Made by a program: the position numbers and the translations under genes. The notes beneath the pieces are model-generated. The model did no database searches. It was not told the origin of the DNA and saw nothing but the letters and a program-made list of their open reading frames with translations. Positions 37,328-51,085 of a stretch of 64,000 nucleotides of DNA are shown piece after piece. The first letter of the stretch is position 1; each line of letters opens with the position of its first letter. The stretch lies in the NCBI RefSeq assembly GCF_036321535.1, contig NC_087436.1, positions 8,308,001 to 8,372,000 of the forward strand, read 5' to 3'. The DNA comes from Camelus dromedarius (Eukaryota).

Positions 37328-37667
37328 TTTTTCATTCTTATAGCAAAACAACTCTACTTCTAAAAACAACTTTTTTTTCTGTCTTTGTCATAACAAGTGA
37401 ATTCGTGATTTCACTGAAGTCATAAATATGTGGGTTTGAAATCATAGTACACCAAAACACAACAATCTAAAATAAGATTTCCTAGCAGATATAGTAGCTG
37501 AATGTAAGATTACCTTTCCTCTGAATTGTGAGGCAACAGATGAGGAAGAGAGAGAAGAAAGCAGGAGTAAACTGGGAGTGAAAAAAGAGAAATCACGAAG
37601 GGAGACCTACAATCAGGGCCAGTCATTATTCAACTCAGTTACCTGATATACTTTAAAAAGTAGCATT

Positions 37668-38150
37668 TATATATACAGTGGAATACTACTCAGCCATAAA
37701 AAAGAATGAAATAATGCCATTTGCATCAACATGGATGGACCTGGAGATTATCATACTAAGTGAATTAAGGCAAAAGAGAAAGATAAATATCACGTGCTAT
37801 CACTTACATGTGGAATCCTAAAAAATAATACAAATGAAATTACTTACAAAACAGAAAAAGACTTACAGACATAGAAAACAAACTTATGGTTACCAAAGAG
37901 GGAAGGGATGGGAAGGGATAAATTAGGAGTTTGGGATTAGCAGATACAACTACTACACATAAAATAGATAAATGACAAATACCTACTGTTGGCAGCACAG
38001 GAAACTATATTCAATATCTTGTAATAACCCATAATGGAAAAGAATCTGAAAAAGAATATATATATATATACACACACACACACATATATATATGATTCAC
38101 TTTGCTGTACACCTGAAACTAACACAACATTATAAGTTGTTTTAAAAAAT
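37668..38150 (+). mobile_element. Young L1 3' end with internal (TA)(CA) repeat
   Basis: gaatactactcagccataaaaaagaatgaaataatgccatttgc...cacctgaaactaacacaacatt. Confidence 0.92.
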
Positions 38151-41100
38151 ATAGCCTTTAAAAATTCTCTTTTATGTATTTTGTGTATACTCTTTGAGGC
38201 TTCACATTGGTCAATGTTCTGATGCAGAGAACAGATTTCGCCCCAAGAAATTTAGAATAAAAGTATTTATTATGGCACGTCAGATGACTTACAGAATTAC
38301 TGAGATGGCTGAATAAAAATCTGTAGGATGAGATTCCAGATTCTATTCTCAAGTCTATGCTGTAGAACCAGGATGCCTAAGGAGCTGCTGCTTCTGCCAT
38401 GATCGGGAGGCTGTTTGTCAAACCAGGAGGTGTCCCTTATTACACATACAGACCTAGGGCTGTTGCAGTCTGAGATGCTGAATTAGCTAATTACTGGCTC
38501 CAGAACAGCATCACTGTGCTCCGATCAGGACACTTCACGTGCAAAATCAGAAGGTGCCACTAGAGCTTCTGAGTCACATGTCATACATTTTCTACTATCA
38601 TGAAGCCATTTCTGCTAAATCAGCAAGCCTGGGAGACACTGTCTGGTTCCAGAGCCATTCTTCATCTGTTACAATATAGCCTAATAAAATGCATGCCCAA
38701 TATTGTCTTTATCTCAGCTCAATTTCAAGTCTCATGTGATTGCATTGGATGAGGACCTGAATCAAACTTGGATTGAAATGAAAATGAATTGGAGGATTTT
38801 TTGTTTTAGCTTTCTGCTCTCCAAAGGAAAGGGAAGTCACAATAGAAGAAAACTGGAATAGATATTCTGAGCCAAACCATCATAACTGCACTAGACTTCA
38901 CTCTTACTTCTCCACTTTCATCTTTGAAATTTTCAGACTTTTTGTTATACAGAAAGTTACATATTTGGTTCATCTTTGAATGTGGTTCCACAATCCAACA
39001 CATTCCTACTGGAAATAAATGCTTAACAAATATTTATTCAATAAATTGATGTAAGTGAGGTACTCTGAGATTTGAAAATGCATTTTCCAAATACAGAATA
39101 TAATGGGAAGAAGTGAGATTTTGTTGTTTGTTTTGTTTTGCTTAATTTCTTTTAGAAATTCTTCTCTATATGAAGAGTTATCAGCTGGAGCCTCACCTGG
39201 AATTCTGGCACATTTGGGAAATTTGTTAAAGGTTAGAGCAAACTGAACAGATTGAACAGTATTTAACAATTCTGTTTACAGAAGAAACTGGGGAGCACAG
39301 GAGCAGAAAATTTTCCTAAAGGATAGAATGATCTGAACAATGCAGTTAATCAAGGAATGATCCACAGATTTCAAAGATGGATAGTCATTATGAATATAAC
39401 CCAATGGCTATATTCTTTATCCAGCCCTCATGGGCACATAACTGGTTCCCAGGAGGAGAAAAGGCTGTAATTAACAGCCACGACAGCTGTTTTCATACAA
39501 CACAAACGAGAGAACTAAAATCTGTAAAATTTTGTAGACCAAGCAGTCATGATCTGGAACACAATGTTACGTAAAATGTAGAGAGATGCCCTCTTCCATA
39601 CTTCATCTCAGACCTCCAAGAAACGGAGTTCTTTACAAAAGGGAAAAGTCCTGCATATGAAAAAAAAAAAAAAAAAAAAAAGCCAAATTCCAATTCATTT
39701 CAATTTGTTTTCTCTTTTTGTTTTAACAGTTGGGAGCAAAAACCAGTTTGTTCTGCTAGCTTTACGTATGTATGGTTTCATACTGCCGTGGCTAAGAGCT
39801 GGTGGTTGGCGCAGGACAACTGGGTGCTTGGGTTAGGGTCTGTAACCAAGTTAGCTTGGGTGAATAGAAAAACGTGTCCTTTTGATCTTACACATAATCG
39901 GCAATACTGCCACCATATTTGCTTCATTCAATTTTTGGTGATGTCTTCGGTAGGTAACTGATATCCATGAGCCCATTGGGTTTTCCCCAGGTATAAAGAC
40001 CCTCCTGCAGACTGGACCTCATAAAGGAGCCTTAAAATGGACAGATGCACTTGCAATCTTGTAGGCAGTCCTTTGCTCTCTGCTACAAATTGGCATAGAT
40101 CTAGTTATTTCTCCTCTCAGACACAATAAGAAAAGTAATGTAATAGTTGAAAGTTCTGCCTACTGTGAAGTTTTCCTTCTCCGTGGTCATTCTGGGACCC
40201 TTTAAGCCAAGATCTAATACTATGAAGTGATTAGGACCTCTTCTTGCCAGTTAATTGTCACAAAAATCCTTGCCTGAGGTTTTAGATGTAGATTGAGGAG
40301 GCAAGAACAGAAAGATAGGATTGGGAAGACATGTTGGAAGGTCTTCAAATTCACTTGGGCTTTCAAAGTCTGTTTAGATCTTATCTTGATAATAGAATGT
40401 TATTGGACACTCATAATTTACATGGCTACTCATATCAGATAATGCTAGATTCATGACAGACAGACGTGTAAATTCTCCTAACTTCCTGAAAATCACCACT
40501 GTTTTTTCAGCCTTCCTCAGAGGCTCATAGCAAGAGTTCCTTCTCAAGAGGATGCTTTTTCATTATTTTAAAGAAACATCTTTGCTCCAAGAACCCAGAC
40601 TTCTCCATCATGTTGATCCTATTGTGATTTGCTATGGTCTATAAAGAATCCCACATTGTAATGCCCATTGAATAATCATAAAGACTTAGCAATAGAACTC
40701 TTCTCTGTGGTCCACTTGGAATACCTTTTCCTGATCTGAGTCCTATGCGAAGTTTGGGAACATATCGAAAGTAAGGTAAAATGGGATAGCCAACTCTGAC
40801 AATTTTTGTGTTCATAATTCACAAAGACCTACCATATCGTGTCTCTTTCTTAAAAATAGTGGAGCACAAAGTGCAGCAATGTGTTCTTTGTTTTAGAGGA
40901 GTAATCATGTTACTTAAGACATAAAATCCCCAAAGCTATATACTGTAGCAGGCTCTTGTGTTGTGGGATTGGTGTCTATTTATTTTTGTCTATAAATAAC
41001 AGACACATAATTTGTGACACACATGCCTTCCTAAGTCACACAGGGTGCCTGGTATTTCCTCCTTTCCAGGAATGGCATTAAGAGGTTAAAAACCTGTGTA

Positions 41101-41426
41101 TTGTATTCTGACACTGTGTAAACATATTGATTTACCCATGAGATGAAATAGTAAGGCTAAAATATGTCCCTGTGTGGGTAAAAGAAAACTACTTCAATTA
41201 TTTTCTCTTTAACAAAATGGAAGGAAAAAATCAATCGTAGACGAGATCAATAACTGCATGAGGGGCAAGAAGAGGAATAAGATAAAGAAAAATAAAACAA
41301 ACATACAAAAAATCCATTCCCTGAGCTCCTCTGTCAAGCCTCCCTCTTACTAGTGAGCCGTAATGGTAGTCTGGGTGCCATGAAATGATTTTGCTTCAAA
41401 CCAGGGTATCATCTCCCTGAAACATA

Positions 41427-41594
41427 TTTTTTTTAATTTAAAAATCCTATTACTTAATTTTATATCCTTTATTTTTGGGGGAGAGGGGGCAGTTAGGTTT
41501 ATTTATTTATTTTTTAATGGCAGTATCGTGGACTGAACCCAGGACCTTGTGCATGCTAAGCACACACTCTACCACTGAGCTCTACCCTCCCCCC
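41427..41594 (-). mobile_element. Camelid vic-1-like SINE
   Basis: ttaggtttatttattt...tgaacccaggaccttgtgcatgctaagcacacactctaccactgagctctaccctcccccc. Confidence 0.92.
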
Positions 41595-43134
41595 AGCCTT
41601 GAAAATTTTTCATGTCCCACCTTATTCAGTGCACCATGACTCATGCAAACGGCTGAAGGTCATTTTGGGAATCCCTAAAAGGGAGACTCTTTATATCAAC
41701 TTGTGTTGGAACTGGAACAATCTTCTTTAGATAAATAAAGTGATCCAGCCAATAATAGACATTGTGGGTGAGGCTTGACAGCATGTGGTTCCTCTGCTCA
41801 ACGTGAGTGTCCCACTCCTGCGTCTTAAAGCATGTGCAAAATGCTTCTTGTAGCCAGCTATATCCAGACATTGTTAAAGAAGGGTGGTCCTGCCTCGTGG
41901 TCCAGCCTAGCCAAGTTGGGAAATTACAGAGCCATCCAGATACAAGCGCTTTAGATGGATATGGAACGATGGGTTGGACCTAGTAGCTACATCCACATTT
42001 ATCATAAATTTAAGAACACTGAAAAGATAAAGTTCTCAGAAAAAGAACTAATTGGATTTTGATTGGTCGTAAGACATTTTAGAAGCATTGATCTCATTAG
42101 AAATGACAATAAAATACCCTTAAATGTCACTGATTCTCCATAAAAGGGGGGTTTCCATACTGGCCTGGTGCCAGTGGCAAGGGGTCATGGGATGTTATTG
42201 ACTTTCTAAAGCAAGAGAGAGTCTCCAGTTTGGCAAGGGAGTGAATCATGTCCAAACAAGAGAGAAATGGTATTATTAGGTAACAGGAATGAGCTGATTT
42301 GCAGGAAAAGGGAAGATCATTGGGAGCCTTCACAGGTCTTCATATTTAGGGATGCTTGAATCCTTTACACCCTCTCCTGCAGCTCCAAACTAATGACAAG
42401 GGTCTTGCTCTTCCATCAGTTCCCCAAGTTTCACATGAGAGAACACTAAGGATATGAATTGAGTTGATAATATAATTCAGCCAACTCCAGGTTTATTTTT
42501 CAGCTACCACAGGGCTGTGAGTGAAAATAGAAGATTCTTTCAACACAGGCATAGTTTCAGGTCATTCCTTGAAATGAGAATTCAGAGATTGCTATTCATC
42601 ACTCTTTCTCTTTAAGTGTCATAAAAACTGTCACATGCACACAACAGTTCTCGACTCCTGCACACCATTCACAATACAACAGCTCTGTGATCTCCCCAGG
42701 GACTGACCTGCCGTGCCACAGACACCATCAGCAATAGCTTCATTAGTTGTTCTATCATGGGGTACCACAGTGGCCAGGACTTTTTTTTTCTGAATTTGAA
42801 CAGATTTTCGCCACCATAGGCCCCATTCTTCAAAAATCCCTCACATCTCCCCAACTGTATCCCCTTCTTACAAGGACATCTGTCATTAGTTTATTTTCTT
42901 CTTCTTATTTGCTTGTTTTTGGCTCTAAGCAACAGAAATCAACTTGTCTAAGTAAAATAGATTGAGCCCTCACAAACCTGATAAATATCCGGGGAAGAGA
43001 TTTGGAAACGAAGAGCATCCAGCTTCACTGCAGAGACTGAGAAGTAGGAGTGGTCACAGCAGCCTCACGGCAGAAGCCAGCCTGTAAGAAGCCACCACCA
43101 GAACAGCAGGTGTGCTAAGCATTCTAATTCTTTT

Positions 43135-43970
43135 TAAAAATTCTTATGAATTTATTTTTTATTGAAGTATATTTGATTTACAATATTGTGCTAAATTCTG
43201 GTGTACAACAAAGTGATTCAGTTATGCATATATATTCTTTTTCATTATATGTTATTATAAGATATTGAATATAGTTCCCTGTGCTATACAGGAAGACCTT
43301 ATTGTTTATTTTATATATAGTAGCTTGTATCTGCTAGTCCCAAGCTCCTAATTTATCCCTCCCCCACCATTTCCCCTTTGGTAACCATAAGTTTGTTTTC
43401 TATGTCTGTAAATCTGTTTCTGGTTTGTAAATGAGTTCATTTGTGTCTTTTTTTTCTTTTTAGATTCCACATACAAGTGATATCATATGGTATTTTTCTT
43501 TCTCTTTCTGGCTTACTTCACTTAGAATGACATTCTCCAGTTCATCCATGTTGCTGCAAATGGCATTATTTTATTCTTTTTGTGGCTGAGTAGTATTCCA
43601 TTCCATAAATATACCACAGCTTTTTTATCCAGTCATCTGTTGATGGACATTTAGGTGCATGTATTGGGGTGCATGTATCTTTTTGAAGTAGAGTTTTCTC
43701 CAGATATATGCTCATGAGTGGGTTTGCTGGATCATATGTTAAGTCTGTTTTTAGTTTTTTAGGGAATCTTCATACTGTTTTTTTAGTTTTTTAAGTAATC
43801 TCCATACTGTTTTCTTAGTTTTTTAAGGAATCTCCATACTGTTTTCATAGTGACTGCACCAAATAACACTCCCACCAACAGTTTAGGAGGATTCCCTTTT
43901 CTCGACACCCTCTCCAGCGTTTATCACTTGTGGACTTTTTAATGATGGCCATTCTTACTGGTGTGAGGTG
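43135..43970 (-). mobile_element. Young L1, 5'-truncated, inserted in an old MLT1-like element
   Basis: tttattgaagtatatttgatttacaatatt...ccattcttactggtgtgaggtg. TSD attctttt at 43127-43134 and 43971-43978. Internal ~31-bp triplication at ~43745-43845. Confidence 0.93.
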
Positions 43971-44279
43971 ATTCTTTTCAGGTCAAGATTCAAATTCAGG
44001 AGGAAGCATGTGATTATTCTAACTTCAGTCATATTTTATGTGTGCCCTAGATTGAATTCAAAGGAGACCAAACCATTCCTTTAAATGATATCAGGGTGCT
44101 TTCAGGAAGTAGCTACTGAGTAAAGTAATGTTCACAGAACCTAATCTAATTTTCTTAGTGATGTCACCAAGAAGGCATGCATTTTATCTTTTTTTTTTTT
44201 TAATCCTCTCTAAGTGGTTCTGCTAGAGTTCTCAGATATAGCATTCTAATGAAAGGATTTTCAATGATTATTGTATGTA

Positions 44280-44425
44280 AGGCATATTTGGTAAAAATGC
44301 AAATTTCAGGGTCCTACTCTTAGAAAATCTGATTCCACAGGCACGATTTGAGGCATGTGAATCTGTACTTTTAATAAATATTCCAAACGGAGGTCATTAC
44401 AGCACTTAAAGAAGTGATGTCCTAG
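44280..44425. mobile_element. MER5-like hAT-Charlie fragment
   Basis: aaaaatgcaaatttcagggtcc...tctgattc...gaatctgtacttttaataa. Confidence 0.6.
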
Positions 44426-44699
44426 AGAATTATAAACACATTATCAGAAACAGACAAAGCAGAATCCTTTAGTTACCAACTATACTAATTCCATGGTGCA
44501 TCATTAAACAAAATTCAAATTTATCTATATACCTTGCCAACTTGTTGAATCTATGATACTAGTATTTCCCTAAGTTTTCACTTATATTTCTAAATAATAA
44601 ATGATTTCATGCAGATTTCTATTTTATGGGTTCCCTTCCATTATCTAAAATGAGTAATGTGTATATTTAAATGGGCTTATGATATTATTACCTCTACAT

Positions 44700-44890
44700 T
44701 TTTATCTTATACACTGTTAACCTCAATTCTGTGAAGAATTGTCATCTTCATTTTATAAATGATGAAAGTAAGGTTTTGAGAAGTAAAATAAAGTGATCAA
44801 AGTCTTTTAAACTGGGGCAAGAATGATCAATCCAACGTATTTGATCAAGATATCTGATACAAATGTATCTAGTTATTACGCTTTACCACC
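44700..44890 (-). mobile_element. MIR SINE fragment
   Basis: tcttcattttataaatgatgaaagtaaggttttgagaagtaaaataa. Confidence 0.6.
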
Positions 44891-46008
44891 TCAAAGCATT
44901 TTGAATTTTCATTCCCTGACACCATCAATTTAAAATTCCACATTCTAGATTGGAGTTAATTCAATGTAATTCAAGAACTGAGAGCAGAACACATATACTA
45001 CACCGTAACCATTTATAAACATCTTTTTTTCTCCCATATTAGAAAATCTTCACTTCACCCCCCCTCACAGTACGTTATATGCTGGACGTTTATGCAATGT
45101 ACTTATGTGCAATGTTTTACAATACACACAAAACTGTGATAGCCATAGCTATATTTTGAAGTCACTCTAACAGTTTTGAGCTTTTGCTTCTACAAAGCAG
45201 TAGACAAAATGTGGAGCAGAGACTATAAATATTTTGTAATCACAGAGTTACCTGAAGAAAATCTTCACACACAAATTTGAATCACTGATTAAAACAGAGG
45301 GGAGATTTCGATACCAACATGGTGAAAAAAGTAAGTTACTGCTTCTCATATGGCCCAGACTGTCGCAAACAATGTCACCCCATCTCTAACTTTACAGCAC
45401 TTTATTGCTAACATCTATTGTATGCTTCTTTTAAAAGATGTATTACAGGTGATTTAGTATATATGTTGTATATCTCTGTTGAACCTTCTTTGATTCATTT
45501 ATTTCATCTCTCTTACTACCTGATTTCTCATTTCTCAATAGTTAGTCACTTATAAAAATAGCTGGATAAAGACCACATATTTACTTTTCTTGTCAGGGAT
45601 AAATTGATTTTGATTACTTTGTGTGTAAGTGTATATAATGGGTAGTAAACAACAAATTTATTATTACACGACTGTAGTGAGCCTGGACAGACTGTCCCTC
45701 ACACTGCAGATAATCTCACGCTGCTTTGATCTGCCTTTTTCCTGTTTACTAGACCTCCTTACTTATATACTTCAGCCACTGCAACGTAATTACTGAAGTT
45801 TAACCGTGGTATGCTATTCGGTTTTAGGAAATGTAATATATTTGCATAATAGCGAGATTTAAACTACCTATCTTCTCATGAAATAAATAAAATCATTAGT
45901 TAAAGAAGGAACCAGAATCACACCAAGTATATAAATTTTTGAGGAAAACAAATAATGATTCTTAATATTTGAAAATACTCTCCTTTAATGTGAATGAAAT
46001 TAACATGC

Positions 46009-46009
<1 letters not shown>

Positions 46010-46061
<52 letters not shown>

Positions 46062-46079
46062 GTGGGGGTGTGTGTGTGT
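46010..46079. repeat. (GT)n microsatellite
   Basis: About 24 perfect GT units plus an interrupted extension. Confidence 0.95.
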
Positions 46080-46418
46080 CTACTTGGTCCCATAACTGAG
46101 ATAAGCTACAGCATCACAACCGAAGCAAATAAGATAATCACCATTTTCTACCCATGGAAGTATGTAAGCCCAGGGCTTGCTTTAGGAACATGAATTAGAA
46201 ACAAAATGATACTCTGTTCCCATCAGACTTCATTACACTTCCTGGACATGTCTAATTCTATACATAGCCAGCATACAGACTCAGAAAGAATCCTTAAAAT
46301 ACATCATCTGACTTGTCACTAAAACATTAGTTACCAAATTTACTCCAAAATGAAAAACAAAAAATTAACATCGAATCTACCACTGCGCAAAGTGCCTCTA
46401 ATGGACATCTGTTAAGTG

Positions 46419-46529
46419 CACAGCTGCTCCTATTAACGAAGTTTTTCTTTTCTTTTTTAAAAAAAAACACATAAACATAACTGCACCTATTAACAAGGTC
46501 TTTATTTTCCTTTTTTAAAAAAATCACAT
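46419..46529. repeat. Imperfect ~57-bp tandem duplication, with (TA)n nearby at ~46566-46599
   Basis: ctgctcctattaacgaagtttttcttttcttttttaaaaaaaaacacat vs ctgcacctattaacaaggtctttattttccttttttaaaaaaatcacat. Confidence 0.8.
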
Positions 46530-46565
46530 GCACAAAGTTGAAGAAAATAATTCTGGAAACTACAA

Positions 46566-46600
<35 letters not shown>

Positions 46601-49600
46601 TTTTTTTTAAAGAAATTGTACCTAGCTGTTGATGAGCTTAACAAACATGTTTCTTCATGCTTGATCAATAACTACTCCTAAATTTCAGTGTAACAATACC
46701 CAGTATGTCACTGCAATGTCAACTCTATTTACTGTGTGGGCCTTTTATTTAGCAGATCTTAAGAGTTCTGGAATTGACTGGTAGTTTGAAACTGATCTTG
46801 GATTGAATAAAAGAGAAAAAAGAATAAATGCAATAAGTGGCAAGTAGGAAATCTTATCAAATTATCTTAAAAGGTCAGAGGAGAGCACTCCAGTGCCCGA
46901 GGGACCTTTCTAAATGATGTTCCTTTGGCACATTCAAAAAGTAGTTTCTAATGGTCACTCTGATGGCAAAGTATTTTGTAGAAAAAACATGAGATTGAGG
47001 AAAACGTAAAACTCTGAGAAGTTATTATGCAAATATTGCACTGAGAAACTCATAAAAATGCAGAAAACAAAAAATAAAGCTAAAATGATGTTGCATCTGC
47101 TATTCTTTGGATCTCAGATTCTCTCCAGTTTCAAAATCAATGCCAATAGATTGCTCCTCCTATTTCTCTGTTCCAGTCATCTGCATATGTTAGATGTTCT
47201 CTGCATTTAAAATCCTGGTATATCCAAAAGCAGATCAAAATACTTTCAATTGCAATTTATTTTAAGAAAACGAAGTTATGCACAGAAAATCTTTGTTATA
47301 ACAAGGAAAATACAAATTGGTCTTAAGTATTGTGATAAATAATAAAAAGCATCCCCATTACAGGAATAATTAAATAGGGGTTGCTTTCTGAACAAGCAAT
47401 CAAGTCTTTGAAGAAATGCTTTAAATAATAGTAGAATTAAAAGCATAAACAAAGGCATACAGATAAAAAATGTGTATGTGGAAGGAAATTAAATCTCAAT
47501 ACAGGGCCACTTTGATATGATTAATGTATTTTAGTTATTTTTTTCAGTTAAATGTAATGTTATATCTACCATATAACATTAATGTGGTCGAATACAAACT
47601 GTATAGTGAGAAATCTAACTTGAACCCTTTTCTACATCTAAACTTTCCCCCATAGATAATCATTTTTCCTAGTTTCCAAAATATCTTCATATTTCTGCTA
47701 ATAAATCATAATAATGTTCTTTTAAAAGGAGAGCAAAAGCTACTGTATCTTGATTCATTCTTTATAGCATATTATAATAATTCCAAGCCTCTCTGGTGTT
47801 TTATTTCATAAATAATGAGATACTGTATTTTTCCATCTGGATTTACCTTTTGTCACATAAATCATGATCCCTTTGGTCAGCCTTGGGGCATAGTATTTTT
47901 TTTTTTTAATTTCCCTTTTCAATGTCATGAGTGTAAACTTTCTAATTTGGGGACAGAGGTTTCCTCTGTGAGATCACCAAGTTCAACTAAGTTTGAAACA
48001 ATTGAGCAATAATGACAGGCATCATCTCTCAATCAAAATATCAATTTGGCCGCTGATAGAAATGGCTTTGAAAATCATTCTTAGACAACTTATTATTTCC
48101 CGTAACAAAAGAACTCACCTTATCAGCCAAAGAGTAGATAAAAATGTTCTCAAGACTCACATCAAGGATGCTACCCCAGCAGGTGGACAGCAAAGTGTTC
48201 CCAAAGTTTAAAACTCATGATCATGCATTGTACTAAGAGCGACTGATCTGGACTCTTCTGAGGGCTTCCACTCCCAGAAGGTATTAATCTAGACTGAAGG
48301 ACTCAGACCTTTGGTGTGGGTGCACTGAGCACAAGTATGGTTTTCAAACAACTTGTGTCCATTATTTACTGGACGGATTTCAGGAAAGGCAGTTGATAAT
48401 GCACATGAAGACATTTAGAAAAAGAAGCCAGAGAGAAAAAGAAGCAAAATGTGAAGGAGAGGGAGCGAGTCTATGAACTGGGAACAGGAACTCACAGAAG
48501 TGGGACTATGTGACATATGTGAACTATGTTCCTTAGTGCTATCTCCTTGCTATACAGGAGCAGGTGTGTGCATCACTCACGCACCCTGTCTTATACAGTC
48601 TGTGCCAGACAGGATGAAAAGGGTGAAGAGTGTCCTTATTCCCTTCATATTTCTTCCATGCTGGACCCTACTACAAAAACATCTAAAATCTGGGATAATA
48701 TATCCAGAAGTTTCAGGTGGGGCTGTGCCCAACTGACACACACAGTAAAGCCAGGTACGAAGGGGAGAAAATATTCTTCTGAAGAGAGAACTTTTGAAAG
48801 CAAGTTTAATTTTGTGTTTTATTGGTCTATTTTCCTTATTCTAGGGAAAAAAATCAAAATTAACTACAGTTATTCTGAATTTCTTTTTATTTTACATTCA
48901 GATTCAAACTATATGTTGGATGTGTATTTTTAATTTATCTTCTAGTTATTATCTTGGGATTATTTAAGAACAAACTGAGGAAAGGCTGCCCTCCTCCTTT
49001 ACTGCCCTACATGAAAAGTAACAGAGAGATAAAAAAAAAATGCAGAAAAACCTAGAAACTCAGTGCTGCAAGCTGGTTAGGTCTGTGCCAGGGAGCCCAG
49101 GCTGATGGGAAGGGGACCATCAGGTCAAAAGCCCCTCTGCAGCCTCTGGCTTCATCATATCACCAAAAGCATTTGTTTTTGTTACTTTTTAACATTTAGG
49201 TAGACAAAAAGTAATGCCCAGAATATGTGAGTATCAAAAAAGGAAAAAGACCCCGGCCATCAATCTCCTCCTAAATCACAAGAATGCTAGCAGCTACCCA
49301 CTGGAATGATTTATATTATTGCCCATCATCTGGAAGAATGGAAGGCGAGGATAATTGGTGTGACTTTTTATCTTGGGCCAACGAGTGAAAGCAAAATTAG
49401 ATGACAAAAACTGTCTTCATAATTATTTTATGCATTTTTTTAAACTGTAACTTGGAGTTTAAAGTTATGTTTGTGAGAAAAATTCAAAATTGATCACAGT
49501 AATCGTAGTCAGTGGCCTCTGTGTTGATGTTCTAACTAGAAATACCACTGATTAGGAATGTCATTGACTAAATATGACATTTAATGAACTCATAACTTTC

Positions 49601-50263
49601 TAACGAGAAGAAAAGGCTACTGAGGTTAAACTTAATGGTTTGCAAGGACAGTGGCCTGAATAAAATGTCATCTGCTGACATCTTCAGTTAAGTAGTCTGT
49701 TGTAGGGAAAAATAGAAGTCCTTTCTTTAAAAATACTAATGACCTAAAATATAATTTTACACTTTACACATACGGCAAAGAATGAGCCTTCAAGCAAAAC
49801 CGCTGTGTCAGCCGTGACGGTTTGCTTCATGATTCAGACTTCTGTCATCGCTCGCGGATTTTGCGCTTTCGTACAGAATGTTCAACATTTGATTTACTAA
49901 CTGACCATTTCAACGTCTACAGGTTTGCTACTCATTCATTATTTGAAATTAATTAACAATGATGGGAACTGTGAAATCACAGATTCTAAGTCATCCCACG
50001 TTTGGAAAAATGCTTGACTTCGATATCAGTAATTTCTATAATTCTAATTTTCTCTACTGCCATCTTTGAGACATTGAAGCTTATCTTTTAAAGATGCTAT
50101 AATCAATAAGTATAAAAATCACAGCAGCATCATGAGGTTGATGGTATTTCTACCAAAGTAATACATACGAAATATACCATACTCCGTGGATAAAAGGACA
50201 TAGAACTCTGTTCCTGCCTCATTTTCTTCCTCCCTTGCATTCAGTTACTTATACTATCATTCA

Positions 50264-50345
50264 TTTATATATTTATTTTTTTAACGGAGGTTCTGGGGAT
50301 TGAACCCAGGACTTTGTGCATGCCGCGAGCTGTATCTTTCCTCCC
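50264..50345 (-). mobile_element. vic-1-like SINE with internal deletion
   Basis: ggaggttctggggattgaacccaggactttgtgcatgc...gagctgtatc. TSD atcattca on both sides. Confidence 0.82.
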
Positions 50346-50883
50346 AATCATTCACTCATTTAACAACTATTCACTCAGTGATTATGCCCTGGCCATTGTT
50401 CAAGCATCTGGATGTTTAAGGTCCTGTTCCTCATGAGCTCACATTAAAGGATAAACTTGCACTGTTATGACTGACATCTTGTGGAAGTCTATGAACTAAA
50501 ATGACAGTAATTTAGGGATTGGTGAATATTGTTTACCAAAGTATAAGTTTTCATACACTTTGAGCTGTAAAACGTGTTGCCATCAGCCAATATGAACAGA
50601 CGAATAAGCACAAGCAAAAAAGAAGGAGATGTGTTTGTCTGTTATGTGAATTAGTCATTTATCTGAAATGGAATTTCTGAGAGTCTATCTTCATTTGCAA
50701 ATGTGCATGCCCTTTGAAAATAGGCATTTTGAACTACTATAATTAAGCAGCCATTTGTATGCATTCATTTATCTAGAAAAAGCACATTGTCTAATAAATT
50801 GGTACTTTGGCTAACCTTAAAAAAATTCAAAATGCTTTTCAATTGAGTGTTCTCACCTCATAAGAAAAAAAAAAAAGCGTAGC

Positions 50884-51085
50884 TTTCCCCTTCTCCTTTT
50901 CCTCCTCCACCACCTCTGTCCCCTCCCCTCCCCCTCCTCATCAGTTTCCAGTGTTTCTACTTCTGTCATCTCCTTCTTCTATTTACACTCCTCTTCCTCT
51001 TTCTTAACTCCTTCCTCCCCTCCTTTCTCCTTTTTCTTTCTTGTTTTCTTCCTCTTTCTTATTTTCTTTGTTCTTTTCTTCACCT
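50884..51085. repeat. CT-rich polypyrimidine low-complexity tract
   Basis: Near-pure C/T run. Confidence 0.8.

Noticed and set aside
48172..48192. CTCF-like ccagcaggtggacag
   Set aside because: Mismatch in the core GGC, and an isolated motif without supporting evidence
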